NCBI GenBank assembly: GCA_041659405.1
Contig: JBAZYK010000009.1
Coordinates: forward strand, 47,107 to 79,106
Length of the DNA stretch: 32,000 bases
Direction of reading: 5' to 3'
Source: Candidatus Altimarinota bacterium
GTDB lineage: Bacteria > Patescibacteriota > Gracilibacteria > UBA1369
Below, piece after piece: positions 9,295-18,503 of this stretch. The notes below the pieces were generated by a model that ran no database searches, was not told where the DNA came from, and was given only the letters and a program-made list of their open reading frames with translations. Position 1 is the stretch's first letter, and each line of letters opens with the position of its first letter. A program made the position numbers and the translations under genes.

Positions 9295-10659
9295 ATGCCC
9301 ACAAATCTCCAAACTCAGATCACTCAAAAACTTATCAAAGTCCAAAAAGCCAGCCGAAAATTGGCATCTTTAAGCGATTCTAAGGTCAATCAAATCCTAA
9401 AAGATTTAGCCAAAGAACTAAAACTTCAAACCAAAAACATTCTCGCAGCTAATCAAAAAGACCTTAAAAAAATGGAGCAAGCTTCCCCCACTTCCGGCAA
9501 AGAGTCTCTCAAAAACATAAACGCACAAAATCCTCAAGATCCAAAATACGACCGTCTAAAATTAACTGCGGAACGCATCAACGCAATTGCGGCAGACCTC
9601 CTCAACGTGGCAAAACTCCCCTCTCCTCTTCACAAAATCCTGGAAAAGAAAACTTTAAAAAATGGCCTGCAGCTAAGCAAAATCAGCGTTCCATTGGGAG
9701 TCATCGGCGTGATTTACGAGGCCCGCCCCAATGTGACAATTGACGTTTTTTCACTCTGTCTAAAATCCGGAAATGCCTGCATTCTTAAAGGCGGCAGCGA
9801 CGCGCAAAATTCCAACATCGCGCTTGCAAAAATCATTCAAAAAGTTTTAGAAAAAAACAATGTAGATCAAAATATAATTTATCTTCTGGGGGCCGATGGA
9901 AACTTAAATCACCAGGCTCAGCGCGAAGCTTTAAGCATAATTTTGCAGGCAACTTCTTATATTGATGTCATTATTCCGCGCGGTGGGCAAAGTTTAATTA
10001 AATTCGTGCGTGAAAATTCCAAAGTTCCGGTCATAGAAACCGGTGCCGGCATCGTCCATACTTTCTTTGATGAAAGCGGAAAACTCGAATACGGTCGCAA
10101 CATTATTCTCAACGCCAAAACTCGCCGGCCAAGTGTTTGTAACTCTCTTGATACGTTAATCATTCACGAAAAACGGCTCAAGGATCTGCCAAAATTAGTC
10201 GAACCTCTCCTGAAATATAATGTCGAAATTTTTGCAGATAAAAAAGCGCATGCGGTACTTGCCGCAAAAAATTCATCAAATCGCCACGCCTATAATTCCG
10301 CCCTTCTTCACCTTGCCACGCCGGAAGACTTTGGTCGTGAATTTCTTTCCCTAAAAATGTCGATCAAAACCGTTCGCAATCTTGATGAAGCGCTAGAGCA
10401 CATTCAAGAGTACAGCTCCAAACACAGTGAAGCAATCATCAGCGAAAATCCAAAAAATATTCAACGTTTCCTCAACGAAGTCGACGCCGCTTGTGTTTAC
10501 GCCAACGCACCAACATCATTCAGCGACGGCGGCCAATTTGGCATGGGCGCCGAAATCGGCATCTCCACCCAAAAACTCCACGCTCGCGGCCCCATGGCCC
10601 TGCCCGAACTCACCAGCTACAAATGGCTAGTCAAAGGCAAAGGACAGATTCGAACCTAG
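9295..10659 (+). CDS. proA: glutamate-5-semialdehyde dehydrogenase (gamma-glutamyl phosphate reductase)
   Basis: ALDH-like motifs: [19 protein letters not shown], a catalytic-Cys region [11 protein letters not shown], and HSEAIIS. The track ORF starts at 9199 inside proC. I prefer ATG 9295, which is 11 nt after the proC stop. Confidence 0.92.
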   Translation: MPTNLQTQITQKLIKVQKASRKLASLSDSKVNQILKDLAKELKLQTKNILAANQKDLKKMEQASPTSGKESLKNINAQNPQDPKYDRLKLTAERINAIAADLLNVAKLPSPLHKILEKKTLKNGLQLSKISVPLGVIGVIYEARPNVTIDVFSLCLKSGNACILKGGSDAQNSNIALAKIIQKVLEKNNVDQNIIYLLGADGNLNHQAQREALSIILQATSYIDVIIPRGGQSLIKFVRENSKVPVIETGAGIVHTFFDESGKLEYGRNIILNAKTRRPSVCNSLDTLIIHEKRLKDLPKLVEPLLKYNVEIFADKKAHAVLAAKNSSNRHAYNSALLHLATPEDFGREFLSLKMSIKTVRNLDEALEHIQEYSSKHSEAIISENPKNIQRFLNEVDAACVYANAPTSFSDGGQFGMGAEIGISTQKLHARGPMALPELTSYKWLVKGKGQIRT

Positions 10660-10684
10660 GCAATAGAACTATGGTCTTCCAAGC

Positions 10685-11776
10685 CTACCTCTTCCCCTTC
10701 AAACTAGCTTCAATAAACCCGTCCAGCTCGCCATCTAAGACACTGCCGGTATCGTGTTCCTCGTGCTCCGTACGATGATCTTTTACCATGGTGTAAGGAT
10801 GCAAAACGTAAGACCTAACCTGATTTCCCCAGGAAGTTTCTACGCGTTCACCTTTAATCGCCGCAATTTCCGCCACCTGTTGTTTCTCCATTAAATCCAT
10901 CAGTTTCGCATTCAAAACTTTCATGGCGCGTTCCTTATTTTGCAGCTGCGAGCGCTCGTCCTGACAAGTAACCACAATGCCCGACGGAATATGAGTTATG
11001 CGCACCGCCGAAGAAGTTTTATTCACATTTTGACCACCCGCTCCACCGGATCTATATGTATCCACACGCAAATCATCTTTTTTAATTTCAGCCATATGTT
11101 CTTCCGGAATCTCCGGCAAAATTTCCACTTTAGCAAAAGACGTTTCACGTGAGTGCTTAGCGTTAAATGGCGATTGGCGCACCAGTCTGTGTACCCCATT
11201 TTCGCCCTTCAAATAGCCATAAGCCAGATATCCTGAAATCAACAAAGTTGCCGATTTTAAGCCAACTTCTTCCCCCATCGACTTATCAAAAATTTCCACC
11301 GACCAACCCTGCTTTTCCGCATAGCGCGTATACATGCGCAGCAACATCTCCGCCCAGTCATGGGCATCTTTGCCACCTGTCCCCGCGTGGATCGCTAAAA
11401 TCACATTATATTGATCGTATTTGCCATTTAAAAAGGTCGAGATCTCCAGTTTATGCCAATCTGCTTCCAAAGCCGCGACCATCTGCTTAAATTCCTCTCC
11501 ACTGGCCGCATCGTCCTCCACCCTAATCGTCGGCAACAAAGCAATAAGCTCGCCACAATCTTTTTGAATTTTTTCCCAGCGCTGAATTTCTTTTTGCAAA
11601 TCGCTCAATTCTTTACTGGTTTTTTGGGCACGTTCCTGATTATTCCAAAAGCCTTCCCCCTGCGTTAAAGTCATCAATTCGGCCACCCGCTTTTGCAAAT
11701 TTCCCAAGTCCACAGCCTTTAAAGCGTGATCAATCTCTTCGCGGATCGTTTCCAATTTTTGTTTATATTCGTGCAT
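10685..11776 (-). CDS. prfB: peptide chain release factor 2, encoded in one frame (no +1 frameshift site)
   Basis: Contains the RF2-specific SPF tripeptide (RQSPFNAKHSRETSF) and GGQ (SGGAGGQNVNKT). The N-terminal region MHEYKQKLETIREEIDHALKAVDLGNLQKRVAEL is contiguous with the rest of the protein. The track ORF's extra 16 codons start at TTG, so I prefer ATG 11776. Confidence 0.92.
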   Translation of the reverse strand: MHEYKQKLETIREEIDHALKAVDLGNLQKRVAELMTLTQGEGFWNNQERAQKTSKELSDLQKEIQRWEKIQKDCGELIALLPTIRVEDDAASGEEFKQMVAALEADWHKLEISTFLNGKYDQYNVILAIHAGTGGKDAHDWAEMLLRMYTRYAEKQGWSVEIFDKSMGEEVGLKSATLLISGYLAYGYLKGENGVHRLVRQSPFNAKHSRETSFAKVEILPEIPEEHMAEIKKDDLRVDTYRSGGAGGQNVNKTSSAVRITHIPSGIVVTCQDERSQLQNKERAMKVLNAKLMDLMEKQQVAEIAAIKGERVETSWGNQVRSYVLHPYTMVKDHRTEHEEHDTGSVLDGELDGFIEASLKGKR

Positions 11777-11922
11777 AACGCGGCCCGAAGGGCTGCTTAT
11801 AAAAATAAAGTGGCGCCCCGCCAAGCCAAGGTGAATCCATCAGAAGCAGTTTAGCAAAAATTTACATTTTGTTCATCTCTAAAAATTAAGATGAACTCAA
11901 CCGGATAATTTTTTCAACAACA

Positions 11923-12159
11923 ATGGGAATCAAAAAAAATCTAAAAAAGCTTTTGAAGGAGCCAACGGAAATGCGCATAGATGAACTCAAAAATGTGCTT
12001 TTGCATTTTGGTTTCATCTTAAAAAACATCAAAGGAAGCCATTATACATTCGCCCATCCACGTATTGATAAAATTACGGTTCCTGTCCATAATGGAAAAG
12101 CCAAAAAAAGATATTTAGAAATCATCAAAAATCATTTGATAAATAATAAACTGATTTAA
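11923..12159 (+). CDS. hicA: HicA-family mRNA interferase toxin (type II TA)
   Basis: 78 aa. IDELKNVLLHFGFILKNIKGSHYTFAHP...ITVPVH matches the HicA/YcfA pattern (G-S-H, VP.H). The toxin-first order with a 2-nt gap to the next gene is the canonical hicAB layout. Confidence 0.72.
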   Translation: MGIKKNLKKLLKEPTEMRIDELKNVLLHFGFILKNIKGSHYTFAHPRIDKITVPVHNGKAKKRYLEIIKNHLINNKLI

Positions 12160-12161
12160 CA

Positions 12162-12584
12162 ATGAAAAAATACGAATTTTCCATAACTGATTTAAGTCAC
12201 GATCCTAAGGATCCGGCCTTTGAAATTGATTTGATCAAACCTGACGGAGGTATAATCATGGGTGACGATTATAAAGAGCTTTCCAATGGTTTAGACTGCT
12301 GCCTGGAATGCGAAAAACATTTTCGCCCTAAAAATCGCAAAAGTATTAAAGCGGTTCATTATATTATTGAAAAAGTTGGCAAGCCCGCAGCAAAACATTA
12401 TCAGGCCAGTATCCCATTATTAAACGATAGCATTGTTTCCGCTGATTCTTTGGGGGAAATCGAAGAAGGCCTCAAAGCTCTTTTGTACTACGAAAAAATT
12501 TCCTACGAAAAATTAATCGGTTGCGAAATTATCAAAACTCAAAACTCTCAAACTGCAGCTAAGAAGAAAGAAAAAGTCCGTTGA
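12162..12584 (+). CDS. HicB-like antitoxin candidate (atypical, no recognisable DNA-binding domain)
   Basis: Position is immediately after hicA. Residues ~64-110 (HYIIEKVGKPAAKHYQASIPLLNDSIVSADSLGEIEEGLKALLYY) resemble the HicB fold pattern Y.I...Y.A.IP.L...GD(S/T)LEE..E..KEAL. The N-terminal half looks like a second, degenerate copy. Confidence 0.5.
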   Translation: MKKYEFSITDLSHDPKDPAFEIDLIKPDGGIIMGDDYKELSNGLDCCLECEKHFRPKNRKSIKAVHYIIEKVGKPAAKHYQASIPLLNDSIVSADSLGEIEEGLKALLYYEKISYEKLIGCEIIKTQNSQTAAKKKEKVR

Positions 12585-12670
12585 TCAACATCCTTGACGA
12601 TGCAAATATTTAACGCTGGTATCTTCCCCCAAGCTTCGGTAAACTGTTGGAGCTTTAAAGTTCTTTTGGC

Positions 12671-14266
12671 ATGTCTGAATCAAAATCCATAGCCGGCTCC
12701 CCTTCCAATCTTCCCGCACAGTCAGGTAACACCGCGCGCAGAATTTTGTGGAACACCGTTTCGCAAATTATCGGTAAAGCCATCATCATGGTGCTGGGCA
12801 TTATCGTGGTAAAAATGGCCACCAATTACCTTGGCAAAAGTGGTTATGGTGAATATGCCACAGCCTTTGAATATCTGGCCTTTTTTGGAATTGTCGCTGA
12901 TTTGGGGCTTTACACCGTGGGTATCCGTGAAATGTCCAAAGACGAAACAAAAATTCCCATGATCATTGGGAATGTTCTAACTATACGCACGGTTGTGGCT
13001 TTTTTAATGATTGGTGCCGCCATCATTGGCACTTTTTTTATTCCCCAATATCAAAATACCAGAATTCCTATCGCCGTTATTATCGCAGGGGTAGCCACAA
13101 TTTTTAATCTGATCACCTCCACGATTTCTTCGGTTTTGCAGGTCCACCTAAAAATGGAATATAGCTCTTTTGCCTCTGTCGTGGGCAAAATAGTCAATGT
13201 TGGTTACATGGCTTTTGTTATCTACATACTTCACGCCACCGACAAAGTTGAAGGCCTTTACCAAATGGTGTGGGCGGGCGCAATCGGCAACGCCATCATG
13301 CTTGTCATTACTTATCATTACTCCTCCAAACTCGCCAAAATTCGTTATCGTTTCGATAAAGAGTTTTTCACGGATGTGATTATGAAGGCACTTCCCTATG
13401 GTATTGCGCTGATTTTAAATACCATTTATTTCCGTATCGGCTCGATTTTGCTTTCGTTGATGAAGTCCACCGACGACGTCAGTATTTATCGTGTCCCAAT
13501 GACCATGATTGAAACGGTTGGCATCCTGCCGCTATATTTCATGAATTCAGTTTTGCCGTTTTTAACCAGATCCATCGCCCGCAAAGATGGCAAGCACGGC
13601 AAAATGATTCAATATTGTTTTGATTTTCTGGTGATGGGTAGCGCCCCGATAGTTGTTGGCACCGTAGTTTTGGCTTATCCACTCATTTCTTTGATTAGCA
13701 GCCCGGAATTTTTGAGCAATCTCCCCGCCGGATTTTATGGTTCCGACATAGTTTTGCAGATCCTGATTTTTGCTCTGGCTTTCTCTTTCATAAATAGTTT
13801 ATTTGGCTTTATTTTAGTTGCCGATAACCGCCAGGTGGCTATTCTTAAACGAAATCTGATTGGTGCAATTTTTACTTTTATTCTCGATTTTATTTTTATT
13901 CCTTACTTTGGAGTTAGAGCCGCCGCCTTTAGCAATGTTTTAACTGAATTTTATGTGGCCGTGGCTTCATACATGATTGCCAGACATTATCTAAAATTTA
14001 AAATCGAACTTAAAAACGCGCTAAAGGCCACCGCCTGCGCAATTATAATGGGTATCGTTGTTTCATATTCTCACAATTTACTTTATCCGATTTTTCAAAA
14101 TAAGAGCCTGATAATCACAGTTGCGATCGGCGGGATCGTCTATTTCGGCCTACTTTTCCTCACCAAAACCATCACCAACGAAATGCTTAACATGGTCAGA
14201 AAACGCAAACCGATCCCGGAATTAACCCAATCGGAAACAGGCGAATCCATGGATACGCCACAGTAA
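12671..14266 (+). CDS. MOP-superfamily (Wzx/PST, MurJ-like) lipid-linked oligosaccharide flippase
   Basis: 531 aa with roughly 12-14 hydrophobic segments. The N-terminal region RILWNTVSQIIGKAIIMVLGIIVVKMATNYLGKSGYGEYA is typical of Polysacc_synt-type flippases. Confidence 0.78.
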   Translation: MSESKSIAGSPSNLPAQSGNTARRILWNTVSQIIGKAIIMVLGIIVVKMATNYLGKSGYGEYATAFEYLAFFGIVADLGLYTVGIREMSKDETKIPMIIGNVLTIRTVVAFLMIGAAIIGTFFIPQYQNTRIPIAVIIAGVATIFNLITSTISSVLQVHLKMEYSSFASVVGKIVNVGYMAFVIYILHATDKVEGLYQMVWAGAIGNAIMLVITYHYSSKLAKIRYRFDKEFFTDVIMKALPYGIALILNTIYFRIGSILLSLMKSTDDVSIYRVPMTMIETVGILPLYFMNSVLPFLTRSIARKDGKHGKMIQYCFDFLVMGSAPIVVGTVVLAYPLISLISSPEFLSNLPAGFYGSDIVLQILIFALAFSFINSLFGFILVADNRQVAILKRNLIGAIFTFILDFIFIPYFGVRAAAFSNVLTEFYVAVASYMIARHYLKFKIELKNALKATACAIIMGIVVSYSHNLLYPIFQNKSLIITVAIGGIVYFGLLFLTKTITNEMLNMVRKRKPIPELTQSETGESMDTPQ

Positions 14267-14300
14267 TTTGGAAACATGCACGAAGCGAGTTCGCCAAATT

Positions 14301-15740
14301 CTATCGTGCAATTTTTTTCACCAGCTCCTTAAATTGCTCTCCGCGTTGTTTGTAGTTTTTAAATTGATCAAAGCTCGCCGCAGCCGGTGACATTACCACC
14401 ACATCGCCGAAAACCGCATTCTCCCGCGCCTTCATTAAGGCCTCTTCCAGATTTTTGCAACGATAAACCGCCAATGGAGAATGGCGAATTTCGGCAGATT
14501 CATGCCCTGATTTGCCAATTTCACTCGCCGCCAAATTCAGCGCTTCTTCCATTTTTGGCGCAGTTTGTCCCATCAATAAAACCATTTTAAGTCGTGGATT
14601 TTTTTGGAGTTCGATCCCCCACTCTTTGTAATCTGCAAATTTTTCCGATCCACCGGCAATCAAAATTACCGGATTCTTAAAGGCATAACTCGCCGCCACA
14701 GAAGTGTCGGGAGTAGTCGAAAACGAATCATTATAATATTTCACGCCATCAATTTCTTTGGCAAATTCAAGCCGATGTGGCAGTCCGGCAAACGAATACA
14801 GTACCTTTTGGATAGCCGAAATCGGCACATTTAAACTTCGGGCCACACACACCGCCGGCAAAACATTTTCCAAGTGATGTGCCCCAATTAAAGCCACTTT
14901 CCCGACCTCACCAACAATTTGCAATTCAGCCAACTCCGAATCCTCACTCGCCGGCACAAACACAATTTCGCCTTCCTCCACATACGCCCCGGCCTCAACC
15001 GGATTTCTTGTACTTACCGTCAATTTTCGGGCAGGAGTTTGATCCGCATATTGTTCAAAATCGTCATAATCTTCATTGAAAATCGCCAGATTATTCGGCT
15101 CCTGAAAGCGCACAGTCGCACTTTTCGCCGCTCTGTATTCTTCCACATTTTTATGATAATCCAGATGATCCGAAGTCACCCGCAAAACAACCGCAATTTG
15201 CGGACTGATCCTTAAATCCTGCAGTTGAAAACTCGACATTTCCAAAACAGCGATCGAATTTTCCTGCATTTCATCTAAAAATTCCAAGGGCGATTGGCCA
15301 ATGTTCCCGCCCAAATAAACACTATAGCCGGCCTCTTTTAACATCAAAGTAATCAAAGTTGAGGTCGTCCCCTTGCCCTTTGTACCGGTAACTCCAATCA
15401 TTAAATACGGACAATTTTCCATGAAATATTGAGTCGTGCTGGTCACTGTAACCGCATCAGTTCTCTTCATTTTTCGCAAAGCCGCCTTAACTTTTTCAAT
15501 ATGGATCCCCGGACTTCGCACCAAAACATCGCATATTGCAGCCTTTTCCAGATAATCCGCTCCACCATAAACCCGCACCCCCAGCGGTAAATCCGCCAAG
15601 GATTCAGCCAAAACAGCATCATCAGTTTCACGCTGATCAAACAAAATTATCTCATTCAGGCAGTGTTTTTTAAAATACTTGGCAGCCGCAAGTCCTTCAA
15701 CCCCCGCCCCAATTATCGCTATTTTTGAATCAGTATTCAC
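14301..15740 (-). CDS. murD: UDP-N-acetylmuramoyl-L-alanine--D-glutamate ligase
   Basis: N-terminal Rossmann-like IAIIGAGVEGLAAA, Mur ligase P-loop GVTGTKGKGTTS and a C-terminal domain with IAGGSEKFADY. Confidence 0.92.
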   Translation of the reverse strand: MNTDSKIAIIGAGVEGLAAAKYFKKHCLNEIILFDQRETDDAVLAESLADLPLGVRVYGGADYLEKAAICDVLVRSPGIHIEKVKAALRKMKRTDAVTVTSTTQYFMENCPYLMIGVTGTKGKGTTSTLITLMLKEAGYSVYLGGNIGQSPLEFLDEMQENSIAVLEMSSFQLQDLRISPQIAVVLRVTSDHLDYHKNVEEYRAAKSATVRFQEPNNLAIFNEDYDDFEQYADQTPARKLTVSTRNPVEAGAYVEEGEIVFVPASEDSELAELQIVGEVGKVALIGAHHLENVLPAVCVARSLNVPISAIQKVLYSFAGLPHRLEFAKEIDGVKYYNDSFSTTPDTSVAASYAFKNPVILIAGGSEKFADYKEWGIELQKNPRLKMVLLMGQTAPKMEEALNLAASEIGKSGHESAEIRHSPLAVYRCKNLEEALMKARENAVFGDVVVMSPAAASFDQFKNYKQRGEQFKELVKKIAR

Positions 15741-15762
15741 CGGTAAAGATTAATTTTAAATC

Positions 15763-15776
15763 TGTGCACGTGCACA
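15763..15776. promoter_or_regulatory. perfect 14-bp palindrome TGTGCACGTGCACA in the murD/rnj divergent intergenic region (possible operator)
   Basis: Read directly from the sequence. It lies 23 nt upstream of the murD start codon. Confidence 0.25.
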
Positions 15777-16001
15777 CAACTCTGCCACTTTTTGAGAACT
15801 ATGTCAAAAAAGCCGACTACTTCCCGGTTTATCAAAGTTTTCGCAGGGAATGGCGTTTTGGCGACATATGCGAAATTTGCATAATCCCCAAAAAACGTGC
15901 TATGATTAAACGAATTCAACTTATCCGAGCGCGGCGCCGTCGGATGAGAGGCTAACAAGCCCTCCGCATTGCGGGGCCAAAATATTCTCTAATTTCATTT
16001 A

Positions 16002-18392
16002 ATGAATCAAGAACCAAACGGGAAGCCAAGTGAAGATAAACTCGATCGATGGATCGAAGAAACTCTCCATGAGGGCGTTCCAAAAAAAGAAGATAAGTTC
16101 GTGCATGAGAGCTTACCCCAACAACCAAAACCTCAAAACAAACCTGACGCGGTACCGGCAAAGCCACTAGCTGGCCAACCAGTTCCACCATCTGGCTATC
16201 AAAAGCCACAAATCGCGCATAAACCCGGGCAAGGCGCGAATACTTCAAGGCCAGGAGGCCCCGGCCCAAGACCTACGGGTCCAAGACCCGGTAAATTTAG
16301 TAATGCCGCTGGTCGTCATTCTACCGGCCCAAGAAGGCCAATTCACGGTCAACAAAACGTTCCACCGGCTCACGGCCGCCATTTTGCGCAACCTGCCGGC
16401 CAACCAATTGCGCCTGCTACCAAATCCAATCAATTTCAATTACAGCAACAGTCACAGGCTAAACCACAAGCCAAGAAGCCATTTTTTAAAGGCTTTTTCA
16501 ATCGTGGTCAAAAAAACGTACCTGCTCAAGCGCCGGCTACGCAAACTCCTGCGCAATCGCTTGCTCAGCCACCTATTCAAACTCGTGCACAATCACCTGT
16601 TGTTCAAACCCCAACTCAAACTATGTCGTACCCAACCAATTTTGAAAAAAACGCTCCGGTAGCTCCTATAGTAAAAGGCCAACCAATCCAATATCGCGGT
16701 GTACTGCGCCTAATTCCGCTTGGCGGTCTTGATGAAGTCGGTAAAAACTGTATGGCCGTGGAATATGCCACCAGTCAGCAAGCCCTTAAAGAAGGCCAAT
16801 CCGAGATCATCATTATCGACATTGGTTTCCAATTTCCGGAAGAAGATATGCTTGGTATCGATTACGTGATTCCTGATGTTTCTTATCTGGAAGACAAAAT
16901 CGACCGCATTCGTGGAGTTTTATTAACTCATGGTCATCTTGATCATATTGGCGCGATTCCTTATATAATCCCAAAACTAAACTTCCCAATGATGTTTGGA
17001 ACACGCCTTACTATGGGCCTTGTTGATAAACGTTTGGAAGAGTTTGGGTTAGAAAAACAGGCTAAGACCCGCATTGTTACCACTGAAGACACTCTTCAAC
17101 TTGGGCCGTTCAATGTCAGCTTTTTCCCTGTAAATCACAGTATTCCGGACGCTATGGGAATCGTAGTAAAAACTCCGGCGGGTAATATTGCCCACACCGG
17201 TGATTTTAAATTCGATTTCACCCCTTCCGGCGATCAAAAACCGGCAGATTTTGCCCGCATTGCGAGCCTTGCATCTCAGGATATTGCCGCTCTTTTTATT
17301 GATTCAACCAATGCTTTAAAGCCCGGATACACGGTTTCCGAAAAGAAAATTGGTGAGTCGCTTGAGCACATTATTAAAAGTATTGAAGGCCGCGTTCTGA
17401 TCGCTTCTTTTGCCTCCCAAATTGGACGCATGCAGCAGATCATCGACTATTGCGAAAAATATCATCGTAAAATTTACCTAAGTGGCCGCAGTCTTATCGA
17501 TAACGTTTTCATGGCTCAAAAACTTGGCTATCTACGTGTGCCAACCGGCCTTGTCCACGACATTCGCAAGACTCACAAACTTCCTGATACACACGTCGTA
17601 ATTTTAACTACGGGTAGTCAGGGCGAATCCGTTTCTGCGCTTACCCGCATGGCTTTGGAAGATCACCCAAGTATCAAAATTAAAAAAGGTGATACGGTTG
17701 TGCTTTCTTCTTCCCCAATTCCGGGCAACGAACGCGCAATTTCCACAGTAATGAACAATCTTTCCCGCCTTGGCGCCAAGATTATCAACAACCAAATTAT
17801 GGATGTTCACACGTCCGGACATGCGCAGCAGGAAGACCTAAAACTAATGATGTCACTTGTAAAGGCAAAGGCGGTTGTACCGGTCCATGGTGAGTTTTTT
17901 ATGCGCCTTGGAAATCGCGATCTTGCCGCATCACTCGGCTACAAAGAACAAGATACCATTATGGTTGAAAACGGCGGCGTGATCGAAGTTGAAAATGGTC
18001 GTGCCCGCGCAACCGGTGAAACGGTTGAAACCAACTACATTATGGTTGATGGCTTGGGAGTCGGCGACATTGGCGCGCAAGTGATGATGGACCGTCAAAC
18101 TCTTGCCGAAAACGGCGTACTGATCATTATGATTCCAATTGATAAGCAAACCGGCAAGCTCAAAGGCGAAATCGACGTGATCTCCCGTGGCTTTATCTAC
18201 ATGAAAGAATCCGAGATGCTCATTGCCGAAATCAAGGAAATCTCCCGCAAATCCTACCAGAATATTCTTGAAAAACGCAAAGACTTAAAGCGCGGCGACA
18301 TCAAGAAATACATTACGGAAAGCGTGGACAAATTCGTCCACCAAAAGATCGAACGTCACCCGCTGGTATTGCCCGTGGTAACGGAAGTTTAG
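16002..18392 (+). CDS. rnj: ribonuclease J with ~230-aa proline/glutamine-rich N-terminal extension
   Basis: From about residue 233: LRLIPLGGLDEVGKNCMAVEY, the metallo-beta-lactamase motif HGHLDHIGA, a beta-CASP region and a C-terminal domain. The upstream 232 codons are in frame and low-complexity (P, Q, A, G, K). Confidence 0.92.
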   Translation: MNQEPNGKPSEDKLDRWIEETLHEGVPKKEDKFVHESLPQQPKPQNKPDAVPAKPLAGQPVPPSGYQKPQIAHKPGQGANTSRPGGPGPRPTGPRPGKFSNAAGRHSTGPRRPIHGQQNVPPAHGRHFAQPAGQPIAPATKSNQFQLQQQSQAKPQAKKPFFKGFFNRGQKNVPAQAPATQTPAQSLAQPPIQTRAQSPVVQTPTQTMSYPTNFEKNAPVAPIVKGQPIQYRGVLRLIPLGGLDEVGKNCMAVEYATSQQALKEGQSEIIIIDIGFQFPEEDMLGIDYVIPDVSYLEDKIDRIRGVLLTHGHLDHIGAIPYIIPKLNFPMMFGTRLTMGLVDKRLEEFGLEKQAKTRIVTTEDTLQLGPFNVSFFPVNHSIPDAMGIVVKTPAGNIAHTGDFKFDFTPSGDQKPADFARIASLASQDIAALFIDSTNALKPGYTVSEKKIGESLEHIIKSIEGRVLIASFASQIGRMQQIIDYCEKYHRKIYLSGRSLIDNVFMAQKLGYLRVPTGLVHDIRKTHKLPDTHVVILTTGSQGESVSALTRMALEDHPSIKIKKGDTVVLSSSPIPGNERAISTVMNNLSRLGAKIINNQIMDVHTSGHAQQEDLKLMMSLVKAKAVVPVHGEFFMRLGNRDLAASLGYKEQDTIMVENGGVIEVENGRARATGETVETNYIMVDGLGVGDIGAQVMMDRQTLAENGVLIIMIPIDKQTGKLKGEIDVISRGFIYMKESEMLIAEIKEISRKSYQNILEKRKDLKRGDIKKYITESVDKFVHQKIERHPLVLPVVTEV

Positions 18393-18430
18393 TATAAGCA
18401 AAAAGGTCTAAACAGTTCATATTCACACAA

Positions 18431-18460
18431 AAAAGGCCCCGCCTTGGCGGGGCCTTTTTA
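18431..18460. terminator. bidirectional rho-independent terminator between convergent genes
   Basis: AAAA-GGCCCCGCC-TT-GGCGGGGCC-TTTTT. It has a 9-bp GC stem (18435-18443 with 18446-18454), an A-tract on one side and a T-tract on the other. Confidence 0.75.
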
Positions 18461-18503
18461 TATAATCTAATTATTTCCCGGATTCACTACCTTCTGAAGT
18501 ATC

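Noticed and set aside
10685-11824. Programmed +1 frameshift in prfB, and the longer TTG-initiated form
   Set aside because: I looked for the usual in-frame TGA with an upstream SD-like element and found none. The protein is complete in one frame from ATG 11776, and the 16 extra codons look like read-through of upstream sequence.
15725-16269. ORFs 15725..15955 (+), 15737..15958 (-) and 15952..16269 (-) in and around the murD-rnj intergenic region
   Set aside because: They overlap each other on opposite strands and have no recognisable motifs. The third is the shadow of the P/Q-rich rnj extension. The region is better explained as divergent promoters and 5'UTR.
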